DNA of 63,665 nt, the filler included, from Alphaproteobacteria bacterium (GTDB lineage: Bacteria; Pseudomonadota; Alphaproteobacteria; Caedimonadales; UBA9215): NCBI GenBank assembly GCA_024280495.1. It is 4 parts of 4 records of this genome, joined end to end, with 100 filler letters (N's around TTAATTAATTAA, not from the genome) between each part and the next. Parts side by side here need not be neighbours in the genome. Positions count along the whole stretch, not along the records: positions 29,822 to 40,935 come from JAJRPZ010000096.1; positions 41,036 to 63,665 come from JAJRPZ010000005.1; 2 more parts are not named here. One strand, 5' to 3'. The notes below the pieces were generated by a model. It worked only from the letters and a program-made list of their open reading frames with translations, did no database searches and was not told where the DNA came from. Positions 39,534 to 49,287 of this stretch are shown piece after piece; within the stretch, counting starts at the first letter, position 1; each line of letters begins with the position of its first letter. A program made the position numbers and the translations under genes.

Positions 39534-40454
39534 ATGAAAATGCCTTTCGATACCGTCTTTTTAGACTTAAAGTCCAATAAACCCATTGGCATGCCAACGG
39601 AAACCGTTTATGGACTTGCTGCCAATGCCCTCAGTAATGAAGCCGTTTCCCGAATTTACGAGCTTAAAAAACGCCCCATCTTCAATCCCCTTATCATTCA
39701 TGTGACAGATATTTCTCAAGCTGAAAAATATGTCATTTTCACCGATGATGCAAAAAAATTGGCAGATGTTTTTTGGCCAGGTCCCCTTACTTTTGTCCTA
39801 AATAAAAAAAAGAACTGCCCTATTTCAGATTTAGCATCCGCTGGTCTTGAGACCTTAGCCATTAGATCCCCCAATCATAATCTTGCTCAAAAAATATTAA
39901 AATCAATAGATTTTCCTCTCGCTGCACCAAGCGCCAATATTTCAGAATCAATAAGCCCCACAAAAGCAGAACATGTTTCATCTGCCTTTCCCAATTTAAC
40001 TATCCTGGATGGTGGCCCTTGCACTCAAGGACTAGAATCAACTATTCTCGATTTATCAGGGAAAACGCCTTCTATTTTACGTCCAGGAACAATAACTTCT
40101 GAGAAAATATCGAATATTCTTGGGAAGGATATAAATAAAGTCCAAAATAAATCAAAAACCATTAAATCTCCAGGGCAACTAAAACGTCATTACGCCCCCT
40201 CCATTCCCGTGCGCCTTAATGCGATAGATATTAAAAAAGGTGAAATTCTCCTTTCATTTGGACACCACAACATTAAGACTGAAAATGAACTAAACCTAAG
40301 TGTCAAAGGAAATTTAAGGGAAGCCGCTGCCAATCTTTTTTCTTATTTACGCCAATTAGATTCAGGTTTACACAAAAGTATTGCGGTGATGCCAATTCCA
40401 AAAACAGGCCTTGGCATTGCTATTAATGACCGCCTCACACGTGCATCTTTCTAG
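39534..40454 (+). CDS. sua5: Threonylcarbamoyl-AMP synthase (Sua5/TsaC, two-domain)
   Basis: PTETVYGL, KKRP.FNPLI.H, AAPSAN, GLESTI, SPGQ..RHYAP. Confidence 0.94.
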   Translation: MKMPFDTVFLDLKSNKPIGMPTETVYGLAANALSNEAVSRIYELKKRPIFNPLIIHVTDISQAEKYVIFTDDAKKLADVFWPGPLTFVLNKKKNCPISDLASAGLETLAIRSPNHNLAQKILKSIDFPLAAPSANISESISPTKAEHVSSAFPNLTILDGGPCTQGLESTILDLSGKTPSILRPGTITSEKISNILGKDINKVQNKSKTIKSPGQLKRHYAPSIPVRLNAIDIKKGEILLSFGHHNIKTENELNLSVKGNLREAAANLFSYLRQLDSGLHKSIAVMPIPKTGLGIAINDRLTRASF

Positions 40455-40522
40455 AAAAATTGACTTTTTTAATAAATTTCTATATATAAATGAAAGAATA
40501 ACAAATATACGGGACAATAACT

Positions 40523-40935
40523 ATGAAACAAAAAATCATCTTAGCCATCGCAAGCCTTTTACCACTTACTGGTTGTATGTATGAAAATTTCGACCAAGGC
40601 AAAATTCATAATAGTCGAATAATACAATCTATTCATAGGGTGAAAACAAAACCTATCCATATACATACGTATAGTGGGTCCATATATGATGATTTTCTAG
40701 AACAACGCCAATATGACAGAGAAAAAGAACGTGCGCAATATTCTGCACAAAAAAGAGCCCATAAACGGAAAATTAGATCTCAAAAACGTCATCTAAAAAC
40801 TCTGCATACTCAAAACAAATTTCTTGCCAAACAACAACGTATTCAAAAAAGAACTTTCTCCAATCAACGCTCTAAACACAGAGCCCTTGCTCAACAACGT
40901 ATTCAACACAGAGCTCTTGCCCAACAACGAAAAAC
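40523..40935 (+). CDS. Basic Q/R/K/H-rich repeat lipoprotein, truncated by gap
   Basis: Lipobox LTGC; repeats QQRIQ and HRALAQQR run into the gap. Confidence 0.7.
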
Positions 40936-41035
40936 NNNNNNNNNNNNNNNNNNNNNNNNNNNNNNNNNNNNNNNNNNNNTTAATTAATTAANNNNNNNNN
41001 NNNNNNNNNNNNNNNNNNNNNNNNNNNNNNNNNNN
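40936..41035. other. Artificial scaffold/contig spacer 3
   Basis: 44 N + TTAATTAATTAA + 44 N. Confidence 0.97.
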
Positions 41036-41037
41036 TA

Positions 41038-41898
41038 TTAAATTTGATTCAAAGGGATACGCATATATTGGATACCATTATTTTCAGGGGCTCCAAGTTC
41101 ACCAGCACGCATATTGACTTGTATTGAGGGTAAAAGGAGAGCAGGTGCGCCAAGGGTTTTGTCCCGTTTTTCTCGTTTTTCTTTGTAATTTTCAAAAGAA
41201 GTGGTGGCGTTGAGTAAAATATTATCAGTTTTCTGGGCGCCAATGCTTGTCTCCCATGTGGGAACATCACCTGGTTCGGGGTAGCAATGCCCTACGAAAA
41301 CATGTGTGTCATTGGGAAGTTTAAAAAGTTTATGAATGGAATCGTACATTTGCCTTGCACTTCCCCCAGGAAAGTCAACACGGGCAGTTCCAAGGCTTGG
41401 CATAAATAGAGTATCCCCCACAAAAACCATATTTTCCATGTGGTAAGTTAGGCACGCTGGTGTGTGTCCTGGCGTGTGGATGACTTTAACGGGAATATTG
41501 CCTATATTAAAGGTTTCGCCCTCTTTTAATAGAGAATCAAAATGTATAGCGTTTTTTGGAGTGTCTTTGTCTGTATTATATAGAGGGACCCAGAAATCAA
41601 TGACGGATTTAATATGCTCGCCAATGGCTATTTTCCCCCCAAGTTTTTTCTGTAGATACGTTGCTGCGGTTAAATGATCTGCATGAATGTGGGTTTCAAG
41701 AATCCATTCTGTCTTAATATTGTTTTCATTAATGAAGGCAATGACGTTATCGGCCGTTACGGTGCTTGTGCGCCCAGCCGCAGGATCATAATCTATAACG
41801 GAATCAATGATGGCACATTTTTTTGTTTCGGGACAAGAAACCACATAGGTCATTGTGGCGGTATGGGGATCATAAAAGGGTTTCACGAAGGCAACCAT
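41038..41898 (-). CDS. MBL-fold metallo-hydrolase, persulfide dioxygenase (Blh/ETHE1-like)
   Basis: ETHIHADH, TPGHTPAC, GDTLFMP..GTAR.DFPGG, PSIQVNMRAG. Confidence 0.9.
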   Translation of the reverse strand: MVAFVKPFYDPHTATMTYVVSCPETKKCAIIDSVIDYDPAAGRTSTVTADNVIAFINENNIKTEWILETHIHADHLTAATYLQKKLGGKIAIGEHIKSVIDFWVPLYNTDKDTPKNAIHFDSLLKEGETFNIGNIPVKVIHTPGHTPACLTYHMENMVFVGDTLFMPSLGTARVDFPGGSARQMYDSIHKLFKLPNDTHVFVGHCYPEPGDVPTWETSIGAQKTDNILLNATTSFENYKEKREKRDKTLGAPALLLPSIQVNMRAGELGAPENNGIQYMRIPLNQI

Positions 41899-41986
41899 AG
41901 AAAAAACTCTAAACTAAATCTATTGAAAATATCATATCATGATCTTGAAAAAAGAGAGGTAAAAATATGATTTGTCGAGAAAAAAC

Positions 41987-42016
41987 TTGACTGCGTGGTC
42001 CTGGTTAGGATATAAG
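41987..42016 (+). promoter_or_regulatory. Candidate sigma70 promoter of the DEAD-box helicase gene
   Basis: TTGACT-18nt-TATAAG. Confidence 0.4.
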
Positions 42017-42334
42017 TCTTTTTATGGATTCTAAATGAATTCCTTAGAGAGGCTCTCTTAGTCCACCTTTGATCAGATTTTAAAGTCTTCAAGGATCAGG
42101 CATTATTCCAGCTTCTTTTTTTAAAATGAGGTTATGGAGAATGCTCTTGGCAATTGTATTGCCTTCATTATATATCTGAATTGTTGTTATTAAGGCTTTT
42201 AAGTCGTAGAACGATTTTGGATATTAAACTCCCTAATAAAAGTAATTGGCTCGTGAAAAATAGTCACCCTAGAATTCTTCTGGGACGTGATCTTCTTTTC
42301 TTTTGGGCTATGTATATAAAGGATAAAAAAGTTC

Positions 42335-44317
42335 ATGGAAACTTTTGACGAACTCAATCTGCCTTCAAAGATTATGGCCTCTTTGAAAGCAATGAAATTT
42401 ACGACACCAACTCCGATTCAAGCCCAAACCATTCCTTTGTCCCTTGCGGGGAAAGACGTTATTGGAACGGCTCAAACGGGTACTGGTAAAACGGGCGCTT
42501 TTGGTATTCCGTTGGCTGGAAAAATTCTAGAAAACAAGAATGAATCTTTGATCGTTTTAACGCCGACCCGTGAGTTAGCCGTTCAAGTCATGAAAGTATT
42601 CATGGATCTTTTAGCCGTTGATAAATCCGTTAAAACGGCTTTGTTGATTGGTGGCGAGTCCATTGACCGTCAATTCCGTCAGCTTTCTCGTAATCCCCGT
42701 GTGGTTGTTGGAACACCAGGTCGTATTAACGATCACTTGAACCGTGGATCTTTGGATTTATCCGCAACGGCCTCTCTTGTTTTAGATGAAACAGATTTGA
42801 TGCTGGATATGGGTTTTGACGTTCAAATTGAGACCATTATTGATTGCATGCCAACGGATCGTCAAACATTGATGTTCTCAGCAACATTGCCCCCACGCAT
42901 TGAAAAGCTTGCTAGCCGTTATTTGGTTAATCCAGAACGTGTAAGTGTTGGGGCTCAATCCACTCCTGGTGAAGGCATTACCCAAGAAACTATCAATGTT
43001 CAAGATCACGAAAAATATTCAACTCTCGTAAAAGAATTGGATGAACGTACGGGATCCGTTATTATTTTCGTCAAGACAAAACGTGGCGCCGATCGTTTGG
43101 CCCGTCAGTTGAATGATGAAAAACATAAATCAGCCGCTATTCATGGTGACCTTCGTCAAAGTAAACGTGACAGCATTTTGAATGGTTTTCGTAAAGAACG
43201 CTTTCGTATTATGGTTGCAACGGATGTTGCAGCGCGCGGTATTGACGTCCCCCATATTCGTCATGTGATTAACTATGACTTACCGCAATGTCCCGAAGAT
43301 TATGTACACCGTATCGGCCGTACGGGTCGTGCTGGTGAAACGGGTTGTGCCGTGAGTTTTATCGGTCGTTCAGACCGTTCTAAATGGCGTGCCATTGAAC
43401 GCATTATGGATCCAAATGCACCAAAAGATGACGGTGGCCGTTCCTTCCAAGGAGGTCGTGGTGGCCGTGGTGGCAGTCGTTCTGGTGGTGGTCGCTCTGG
43501 TGGTTTTGGTGGCGGACGTTCCTTTGATCGTGGTGCTGACCGTGGTGGCGATAGAGGTGGTCGTTCTGGAGGAGGTTTCCGTTCTGGTGGATTCAGAGGA
43601 CGCTCCGATGATCGCTCGGAAGGGCGCAGTTTTGAAAAACGTTCTGAAGGGCGTTCTGAAGGACGTTCTTTTGAGAAAAAACGTTTTGATGATAATCGTC
43701 GTGATTTCAAACGTGATGATCGTGATGGTGGATTCAAACGTGATGATTTTAAACGCCAAGAAAGAGGCGGTGATCGCCGTGACTTCAAACGTGATGATCG
43801 TGATGGTGGATTCAAACGCCATGAAAGAGGTGGTGATCGCCGTGATTTCAAACGTGATGATTCTCGACGCTCTGAGGGACGTCCTTTTTCTGATCGTTCG
43901 TCAGATCGCAGAGACGGCGGATCTTTTGATAAACGGAAATCTTTTGATCGCTCCACGCCTCGTGGTAATGATCGTGGTTTTGGTTCTGATAAAAAACCGT
44001 TTGCTAAGCGTGCTGAGGGGGGGTCTAACTGGCGTGACCGAAAGGCATCTTCTGGTAATGATGATTATTTCTCCAAAGATCGTGGTCCCAAACGTGATGA
44101 CCGTCGTGGGGATAGCCGTGGTGGACGTTCTGAAGGAGGGTTTAAACCTAAATTCGGAGGGGCTAAATCAGGTGGATCAAAATTCGGTGGTGGTTCAAAA
44201 CCAAGATTTGGCAGTGATAAGCCTAAATTTGGCGATGATAGGAATGCTTCTAGGGGCGGTGATCGTCCTTTTAAAGCAAAACCTCGTAAAGCACCGACTC
44301 GTAATGCTCACGCTTAA
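42335..44317 (+). CDS. DEAD-box RNA helicase with long RGG/RD-rich disordered tail
   Basis: Q motif PTPIQ, AQTGTGKT, PTRELA, DETD (DEAD variant), SAT, ARGID, HRIGRTGR. Confidence 0.95.
   Translation: METFDELNLPSKIMASLKAMKFTTPTPIQAQTIPLSLAGKDVIGTAQTGTGKTGAFGIPLAGKILENKNESLIVLTPTRELAVQVMKVFMDLLAVDKSVKTALLIGGESIDRQFRQLSRNPRVVVGTPGRINDHLNRGSLDLSATASLVLDETDLMLDMGFDVQIETIIDCMPTDRQTLMFSATLPPRIEKLASRYLVNPERVSVGAQSTPGEGITQETINVQDHEKYSTLVKELDERTGSVIIFVKTKRGADRLARQLNDEKHKSAAIHGDLRQSKRDSILNGFRKERFRIMVATDVAARGIDVPHIRHVINYDLPQCPEDYVHRIGRTGRAGETGCAVSFIGRSDRSKWRAIERIMDPNAPKDDGGRSFQGGRGGRGGSRSGGGRSGGFGGGRSFDRGADRGGDRGGRSGGGFRSGGFRGRSDDRSEGRSFEKRSEGRSEGRSFEKKRFDDNRRDFKRDDRDGGFKRDDFKRQERGGDRRDFKRDDRDGGFKRHERGGDRRDFKRDDSRRSEGRPFSDRSSDRRDGGSFDKRKSFDRSTPRGNDRGFGSDKKPFAKRAEGGSNWRDRKASSGNDDYFSKDRGPKRDDRRGDSRGGRSEGGFKPKFGGAKSGGSKFGGGSKPRFGSDKPKFGDDRNASRGGDRPFKAKPRKAPTRNAHA
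43700..43861 (+). repeat. Intragenic direct repeats (RRDFKRDDRDGGFKR / ERGGD units)
   Basis: CGTGA(T/C)TTCAAACGTGATGAT occurs three times; TGGTGGATTCAAACG occurs twice. Confidence 0.8.
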
Positions 44318-44352
44318 TAAGTATAATTTAACTATAAGAGTTTTAAATTGCG

Positions 44353-44380
44353 GAGGCATGGAGGAATCCATGCCTTTTTT
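44353..44380 (+). terminator. Intrinsic terminator after the helicase
   Basis: AGGCATGGA-GGAA-TCCATGCCT + TTTTT. Confidence 0.85.
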
Positions 44381-44381
44381 A

Positions 44382-45107
44382 TTATGATACTTCCCTTGTT
44401 GAAAGGGCTTCGAGAATTGTGGTGCTTAAATCGTTTTCTTTGATTTTAATGTCTAGTTTTCTTTTGCTTGATTTTTTTCTTTTTCCTATAAATTTAAATT
44501 TTTTCCTTTTTTTCTTTTCTTTTTTTGTAAGGTTACAAATATTATTTATTGTTTGAATATCTTCTTCTTTCCTTGGATCATTTTCCAAATTCAATGAAAT
44601 AACTACCCTGTCGGGGGAAGTCACTGATTCATTTATATAAAAAACAAGATTTTTAACTTGGTGCCAATATGTTTTTTCATCTGGTCGATTCCATGGGATG
44701 CCTGATTGAATGATTGAAATAGATAAATTCATTGTATCCTCCCACGTTGACAAGGAAATAATTCTTGCAGGTGGAAGTGTTCTAGATATCTGATTTCGCA
44801 TATATATACGAGGGGTTATACTTCGCCTTGTGGGAAGAAAATCTAATGTTTGAATGATGTCTTCATCTGAATTATGTAAATTAATTTCAAAATTTTGAAT
44901 ACCTCTAAAAAAAGAACCTGATTTGTGAATAAATTCAATAATTACTGAGGGTTCATTTTCTTCTGATAAGCTTGAAGCCAAAAGTTCGCTGATAAATAAG
45001 TTACTGGTGACGATCATAATAAAAAAGGGTAAAATAATATTTCTTTTGGGGTTAGGTATTTTTTTAGTATTTTGATAAATAGGCATCAATGAATCCCTTG
45101 TTGTCAT
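44382..45107 (-). CDS. Orphan signal-peptide protein with C-terminal polybasic (NLS-like) tract
   Basis: KRNIILPFF...LLASSLSEENE; KKEKKKRKKFKFIGKRKKSSKRK; alternative ATG 45086. Confidence 0.65.
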   Translation of the reverse strand: MTTRDSLMPIYQNTKKIPNPKRNIILPFFIMIVTSNLFISELLASSLSEENEPSVIIEFIHKSGSFFRGIQNFEINLHNSDEDIIQTLDFLPTRRSITPRIYMRNQISRTLPPARIISLSTWEDTMNLSISIIQSGIPWNRPDEKTYWHQVKNLVFYINESVTSPDRVVISLNLENDPRKEEDIQTINNICNLTKKEKKKRKKFKFIGKRKKSSKRKLDIKIKENDLSTTILEALSTREVS

Positions 45108-45146
45108 TAAAACTTTAACGTTATTTTAAGAAAAAGTAAGGAAAAA

Positions 45147-46661
45147 ATGAAAAAAAAGACATATGTCCTTTGTATATTAGATGGTTGGGGGGAGGGATCC
45201 TCTGATTCTGGTAATGCTATTTTTCAGGCTCAAACTCCCTGTTGGGACGCTTTAAAATCTCAAAACTCTCTTGCTCTCTTGCATGCATCTGGTGAATCCG
45301 TTGGGTTGCCAGTGGGTCAAATGGGAAATTCAGAAGTTGGTCATATGACCATAGGATCAGGACGTGTAGTGCTTCAAGATTTGCCACGTCTTTCAAAGAA
45401 ACTCTCTGATCCAGACTTTATTCATAATCCAGCTTTTCAGTCTATGGTAAAAAACCTTCAAAAAACAAAAAAAGCATGCCATCTTTTGGGATTGCTTTCT
45501 CGGGGGGGCGTGCATTCTCATACGGACCATTTGCTTTCTCTCGTGGGTTATCTTGATCAGGCTGGTATTCAAACGTATATCCATTCTTTTCTGGATGGTC
45601 GGGATACTTTACCCATGGTCGCCCATGAAGAACTCCAATATTTCAAAAATAAAACCCTTGATATGAAGCATCTGAAAATTGCTACCCTCGGGGGGCGTTA
45701 TTACGCCATGGACCGTGATCAACGTTGGGATCGCATCGAAATCGCCAAAGAGGCTATTTTGCATGCAAAGGCCCCTTTATTTCAGAATGCTTTTTCTTAT
45801 ATCAAGGAGGCTCATGCACAGGGTATTGGCGATGAGTTTATCAAACCAGCTGTTCTTGATTCTTATGAAGGATTCGAAAAAGGAGATGTAATATTCTCTT
45901 TTAATTTCAGAGCAGACCGTATGCGACAAATTCTGAGCCAGTTTGCAAAGGACCCCTTGTTATTATCTTCAAAGCATCTTGGCCTTGTGAGTTATAGTGC
46001 TGAATTGGATAGGTCTTATGAAGTCGTTTTTCCAAAGGTGGCCTTGAAGAAGACACTGGGGGACGTTATTTCTAAGGCAAATTTAAAACAGTTACGTATT
46101 GCGGAAACAGAAAAATATGCCCATGTAACTTATTTTTTTAATGGGGGCGTAGAAAAACCTTTTTTAGATGAAGATCGGCACTTGGAAGAGTCTCCCAAAG
46201 TTGCAACCTATGACCTAAAACCAGAAATGTCAGCCCTAGAAATTACTAAGAAATTATGCACTGCCATTGACTCTAGAAGCTATGATCTCATTGTTGTTAA
46301 TTATGCCAATGCTGATATGGTTGGACATACGGGGCACTTTAAGGCAACGGTGAAGGCCATTGAGGCTTTGGACGGGTGTCTTTTTGATATTCACAATACC
46401 CTTAAAAAAACACAAGGTGTTTTGATGGTGACCGCTGATCATGGAAATGCAGATTGTATGTTAGACCCTGAAACTGGTGATGTTTTAACGGCGCATTCCT
46501 TGAATTCCGTTCCTTTATTACTGTGTGATTTTTCAGAAAACCTTTCTCAGAAGATCCTCAAAAAAGAAGGCGCTCTTTATGATATTGCTCCCACGATTTT
46601 GGACCTTATGGATTTGGATAAGCCCACCGAAATGACTGGACATACGCTTTTGATCACGTAA
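45147..46661 (+). CDS. gpmI: 2,3-bisphosphoglycerate-independent phosphoglycerate mutase
   Basis: LDGWG, GQMGNSEVGH, GRYYAMDRD, AETEKYAHVT, DMVGHTG, TADHGN. Confidence 0.97.
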   Translation: MKKKTYVLCILDGWGEGSSDSGNAIFQAQTPCWDALKSQNSLALLHASGESVGLPVGQMGNSEVGHMTIGSGRVVLQDLPRLSKKLSDPDFIHNPAFQSMVKNLQKTKKACHLLGLLSRGGVHSHTDHLLSLVGYLDQAGIQTYIHSFLDGRDTLPMVAHEELQYFKNKTLDMKHLKIATLGGRYYAMDRDQRWDRIEIAKEAILHAKAPLFQNAFSYIKEAHAQGIGDEFIKPAVLDSYEGFEKGDVIFSFNFRADRMRQILSQFAKDPLLLSSKHLGLVSYSAELDRSYEVVFPKVALKKTLGDVISKANLKQLRIAETEKYAHVTYFFNGGVEKPFLDEDRHLEESPKVATYDLKPEMSALEITKKLCTAIDSRSYDLIVVNYANADMVGHTGHFKATVKAIEALDGCLFDIHNTLKKTQGVLMVTADHGNADCMLDPETGDVLTAHSLNSVPLLLCDFSENLSQKILKKEGALYDIAPTILDLMDLDKPTEMTGHTLLIT

Positions 46662-46694
46662 GCTATATAATATCTATGGCAGGAAAAAATTACG

Positions 46695-48011
46695 ATGGTT
46701 TTTAAAAACACTTTTTTGACTTTATGTCTTATGGCGCTGGTGAACAGCTCTTCTTTTTCAGCTGCTGTGCTGGAAAAAAAACAACAGGATTTCTCTAAAA
46801 AAGAACTGTTTTCTTTTTTTGAAAAAATCACTGAAAAGCTTACAACTGATTATGTGGAAGATATTACTAATCGAGAATTACTGGAAGGCGCTCTTTCGGG
46901 AATGGTGGCTTCCCTTGATCCCCATTCATCATTTTTGAATGCTAAAAAATACAATAATATGAAAAATTATGTGGCGGGAAAATTCGGTGGTCTTGGCATT
47001 GAAATTATCATTGAAAAAGATGGTATCCGGGTGATTTCACCAATCGAGGACACCCCAGCCTTTAAGGCAGGGTTGTTGCCAGGGGACTTGATCGTCGCCA
47101 TTGCAGGCAAACCCATTTCAACCATGAGTGATCTCGATGCTTTAAAAGGTCTGCGCGGTGACCCGAACACAAAGGTGACTGTGACCATATTTCGGGAAAA
47201 ACAATCGCCATTTGAGGTGACCATGACCCGTGAATTTATCAAGGTCGCCCCCGTAAAATTTCGCCGTGAAGGCAATGTTGGCTATGTGCGTATTTCAACT
47301 TTTAATGATGTAACAACAACGGAAACCATAAAAGCAATTCGTGCCCTTAAAAAGGAAATAGGCAAAAATATTTTGGGTTTTGTTCTTGATTTACGCAGCA
47401 ATCCTGGCGGCCTTTTAGATCAAGCTGTTTCCATTTCAAGTCTTTTTCTTCAGCGCGGCAAAACCATAGTTACCATTAAGGGAAAGGGCAAAGAACAGTT
47501 TGCTTCTTTTGAGTCAAATTCATCGGATATGACGCGGGGGTTGCCCCTTGTGGTGTTGGTAAATAGTGGATCTGCTTCGGCTTCTGAAATTGTGGCAGGC
47601 GCTTTGCAAGATTATAAACGGGCGATTATCGTGGGGACAAAAAGCTTTGGAAAAGGGTCCGTACAGCGCATCAGTCCTCTTGATGACTTGGGTGGGCTTC
47701 GCTTGACCATTGCTTTGTATTACACGCCTTTGGGGCGCTCTATTCAAAAAGAAGGTATTATACCTGATATTAAAATTGAGCAACAATTGGACCTTCAAAC
47801 CATCAGTTCAGACGATCGTTTGCGGGAAGCTTATTTAAAGGATGCCATTTCAAAAGAGCAAAAGGCTAAAGTCAAAAAACTTGCTTCTGAAAGTCGAGAG
47901 AAAAGCACTAAACCGAAAACTCTCAAACAGTTTGAAGATATTCCTGATTATCAGCTAAAACAGGCCTTGAATGTTTTACGGGCTATGAGCCTTGGTTTTT
48001 CAAAGAATTAG
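46695..48011 (+). CDS. ctpA: S41 carboxyl-terminal protease
   Basis: LDPHS, PDZ GGLGI, LDLRSNPGG, SASASEI, FGKGSVQ, YYTP.GRSIQ. Confidence 0.95.
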   Translation: MVFKNTFLTLCLMALVNSSSFSAAVLEKKQQDFSKKELFSFFEKITEKLTTDYVEDITNRELLEGALSGMVASLDPHSSFLNAKKYNNMKNYVAGKFGGLGIEIIIEKDGIRVISPIEDTPAFKAGLLPGDLIVAIAGKPISTMSDLDALKGLRGDPNTKVTVTIFREKQSPFEVTMTREFIKVAPVKFRREGNVGYVRISTFNDVTTTETIKAIRALKKEIGKNILGFVLDLRSNPGGLLDQAVSISSLFLQRGKTIVTIKGKGKEQFASFESNSSDMTRGLPLVVLVNSGSASASEIVAGALQDYKRAIIVGTKSFGKGSVQRISPLDDLGGLRLTIALYYTPLGRSIQKEGIIPDIKIEQQLDLQTISSDDRLREAYLKDAISKEQKAKVKKLASESREKSTKPKTLKQFEDIPDYQLKQALNVLRAMSLGFSKN

Positions 48012-48033
48012 AGTGGGAAAAAGTGAATCAAAA

Positions 48034-49287
48034 ATGGCCCCAATGACATTGACACGAGTCCCTTTATCTTGGGTGGTTGCTATTGTTTTAACCCTTGTGA
48101 GCGCAGGTCTTTTTTTCTTTTTTTATCTTGAAAATGAGAGTGAATATACCGATTCCATGGCTGCGGTGGATATTCCTATTTTGACTGAAAAAAGATGGAA
48201 TGTGCCCCTTGAAGTTCCCTCTGAGCCTAAGCTAAAAATGGAAATAACCCCGCTTCTTATTTCTGAAACTTCTGTGGCAGAGCCTAGTAACGAATCAGAG
48301 GATGTCCCTGAAAAAGAAGAAATACCCCTCATAAATGAATTGAAAAAGAAAACTATAGATGATGCCCTTGAATTTTCTCCCGAAGCTGATAAACAAAAAA
48401 AACAACTCTCTATAAAAAATACATCTACACGCTATGAAGCCTGTTTAGAAAAAACTAAAACAGGTCTTTTATTGCCACGAAAAGCGCAAAATGGATTGCG
48501 CCCATTTGATGTTTACCAATCCAATATTATGCCGACACATGACAGTACGTATTTGACCATCGTTATTTCAGAATTAGGTCTGGAGGCGTCTCTTGTGGAC
48601 CAAATATTGGAAGATTTTCCTAAAACAATTTCTTGTGCCTTTTTACCTTTGGGAGAGCTCATTCAAAATCAACATGATTCTCTTCGTCAAAAAGACTATG
48701 AAACCCTGCTCATGATTCCTATGGAGCCTATGGACTATCCCCTTTCTGATCCAGGGCCTCACACTCTTTTGACCAATCAGAGAGCAATGTCAAATCAAAT
48801 TAATCTCCATCAAATACTGTCAAGTCTCACGGGATATATGGGCGTAATGCCCTATATGGGGAGTCGTTTTGGACGGGTGAAAGGTGATTTTATACCTATT
48901 CTTAAGGAAATTGATGAACGAGGTCTTGCTTATTTTGAGCCTCGTTTTATGCGTTCCGAAACCTCGAAATGGAAACCCAATAACCTTCCTTATTTAAAGG
49001 GGGAATTTGATATTTTGCGAGGGCAAAGCGTCAAAAATATTAAGGCAATTCTTAAAACCATAGGTTATGTTTTAGGAAAGAAGAAAAACGCCGTTGTTTT
49101 AACGGTTCAAGCCGATGCAGTTTCCTTGCGCGTCATTAAAAAATGGATGGAAACAGAATTGCCAAAATCCGTTATTCTCGTCCCCCTTTCAGTGCAAATC
49201 ATGGAACAAAAATGTGTTCATTATGAAGAAGAACTCTATGGCGATACTAAACCATCAAAGAAGGAAAAAAGCCATGGGGCAGATTAA
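48034..49287 (+). CDS. Divergent polysaccharide deacetylase family protein
   Basis: TM anchor; ELGL, IPMEPMDYP..DPGP.TL, YMGSRF; typical position between ctpA and rppH. Confidence 0.88.
   Translation: MAPMTLTRVPLSWVVAIVLTLVSAGLFFFFYLENESEYTDSMAAVDIPILTEKRWNVPLEVPSEPKLKMEITPLLISETSVAEPSNESEDVPEKEEIPLINELKKKTIDDALEFSPEADKQKKQLSIKNTSTRYEACLEKTKTGLLLPRKAQNGLRPFDVYQSNIMPTHDSTYLTIVISELGLEASLVDQILEDFPKTISCAFLPLGELIQNQHDSLRQKDYETLLMIPMEPMDYPLSDPGPHTLLTNQRAMSNQINLHQILSSLTGYMGVMPYMGSRFGRVKGDFIPILKEIDERGLAYFEPRFMRSETSKWKPNNLPYLKGEFDILRGQSVKNIKAILKTIGYVLGKKKNAVVLTVQADAVSLRVIKKWMETELPKSVILVPLSVQIMEQKCVHYEEELYGDTKPSKKEKSHGAD

Noticed and set aside
42154..42348. 64-aa ORF upstream of the helicase
   Set aside because: TTG start without RBS; lies in a probable structured leader.
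43700..43861. Direct repeats as a CRISPR array
   Set aside because: In-frame coding repeats without unique spacers; no cas genes.
43300..44387. Long alternative-frame and antisense ORFs (332, 218 and 150 aa) over the helicase tail
   Set aside because: Shadows of repetitive CGT/GGT/GAT codon use, which lacks off-frame stops.
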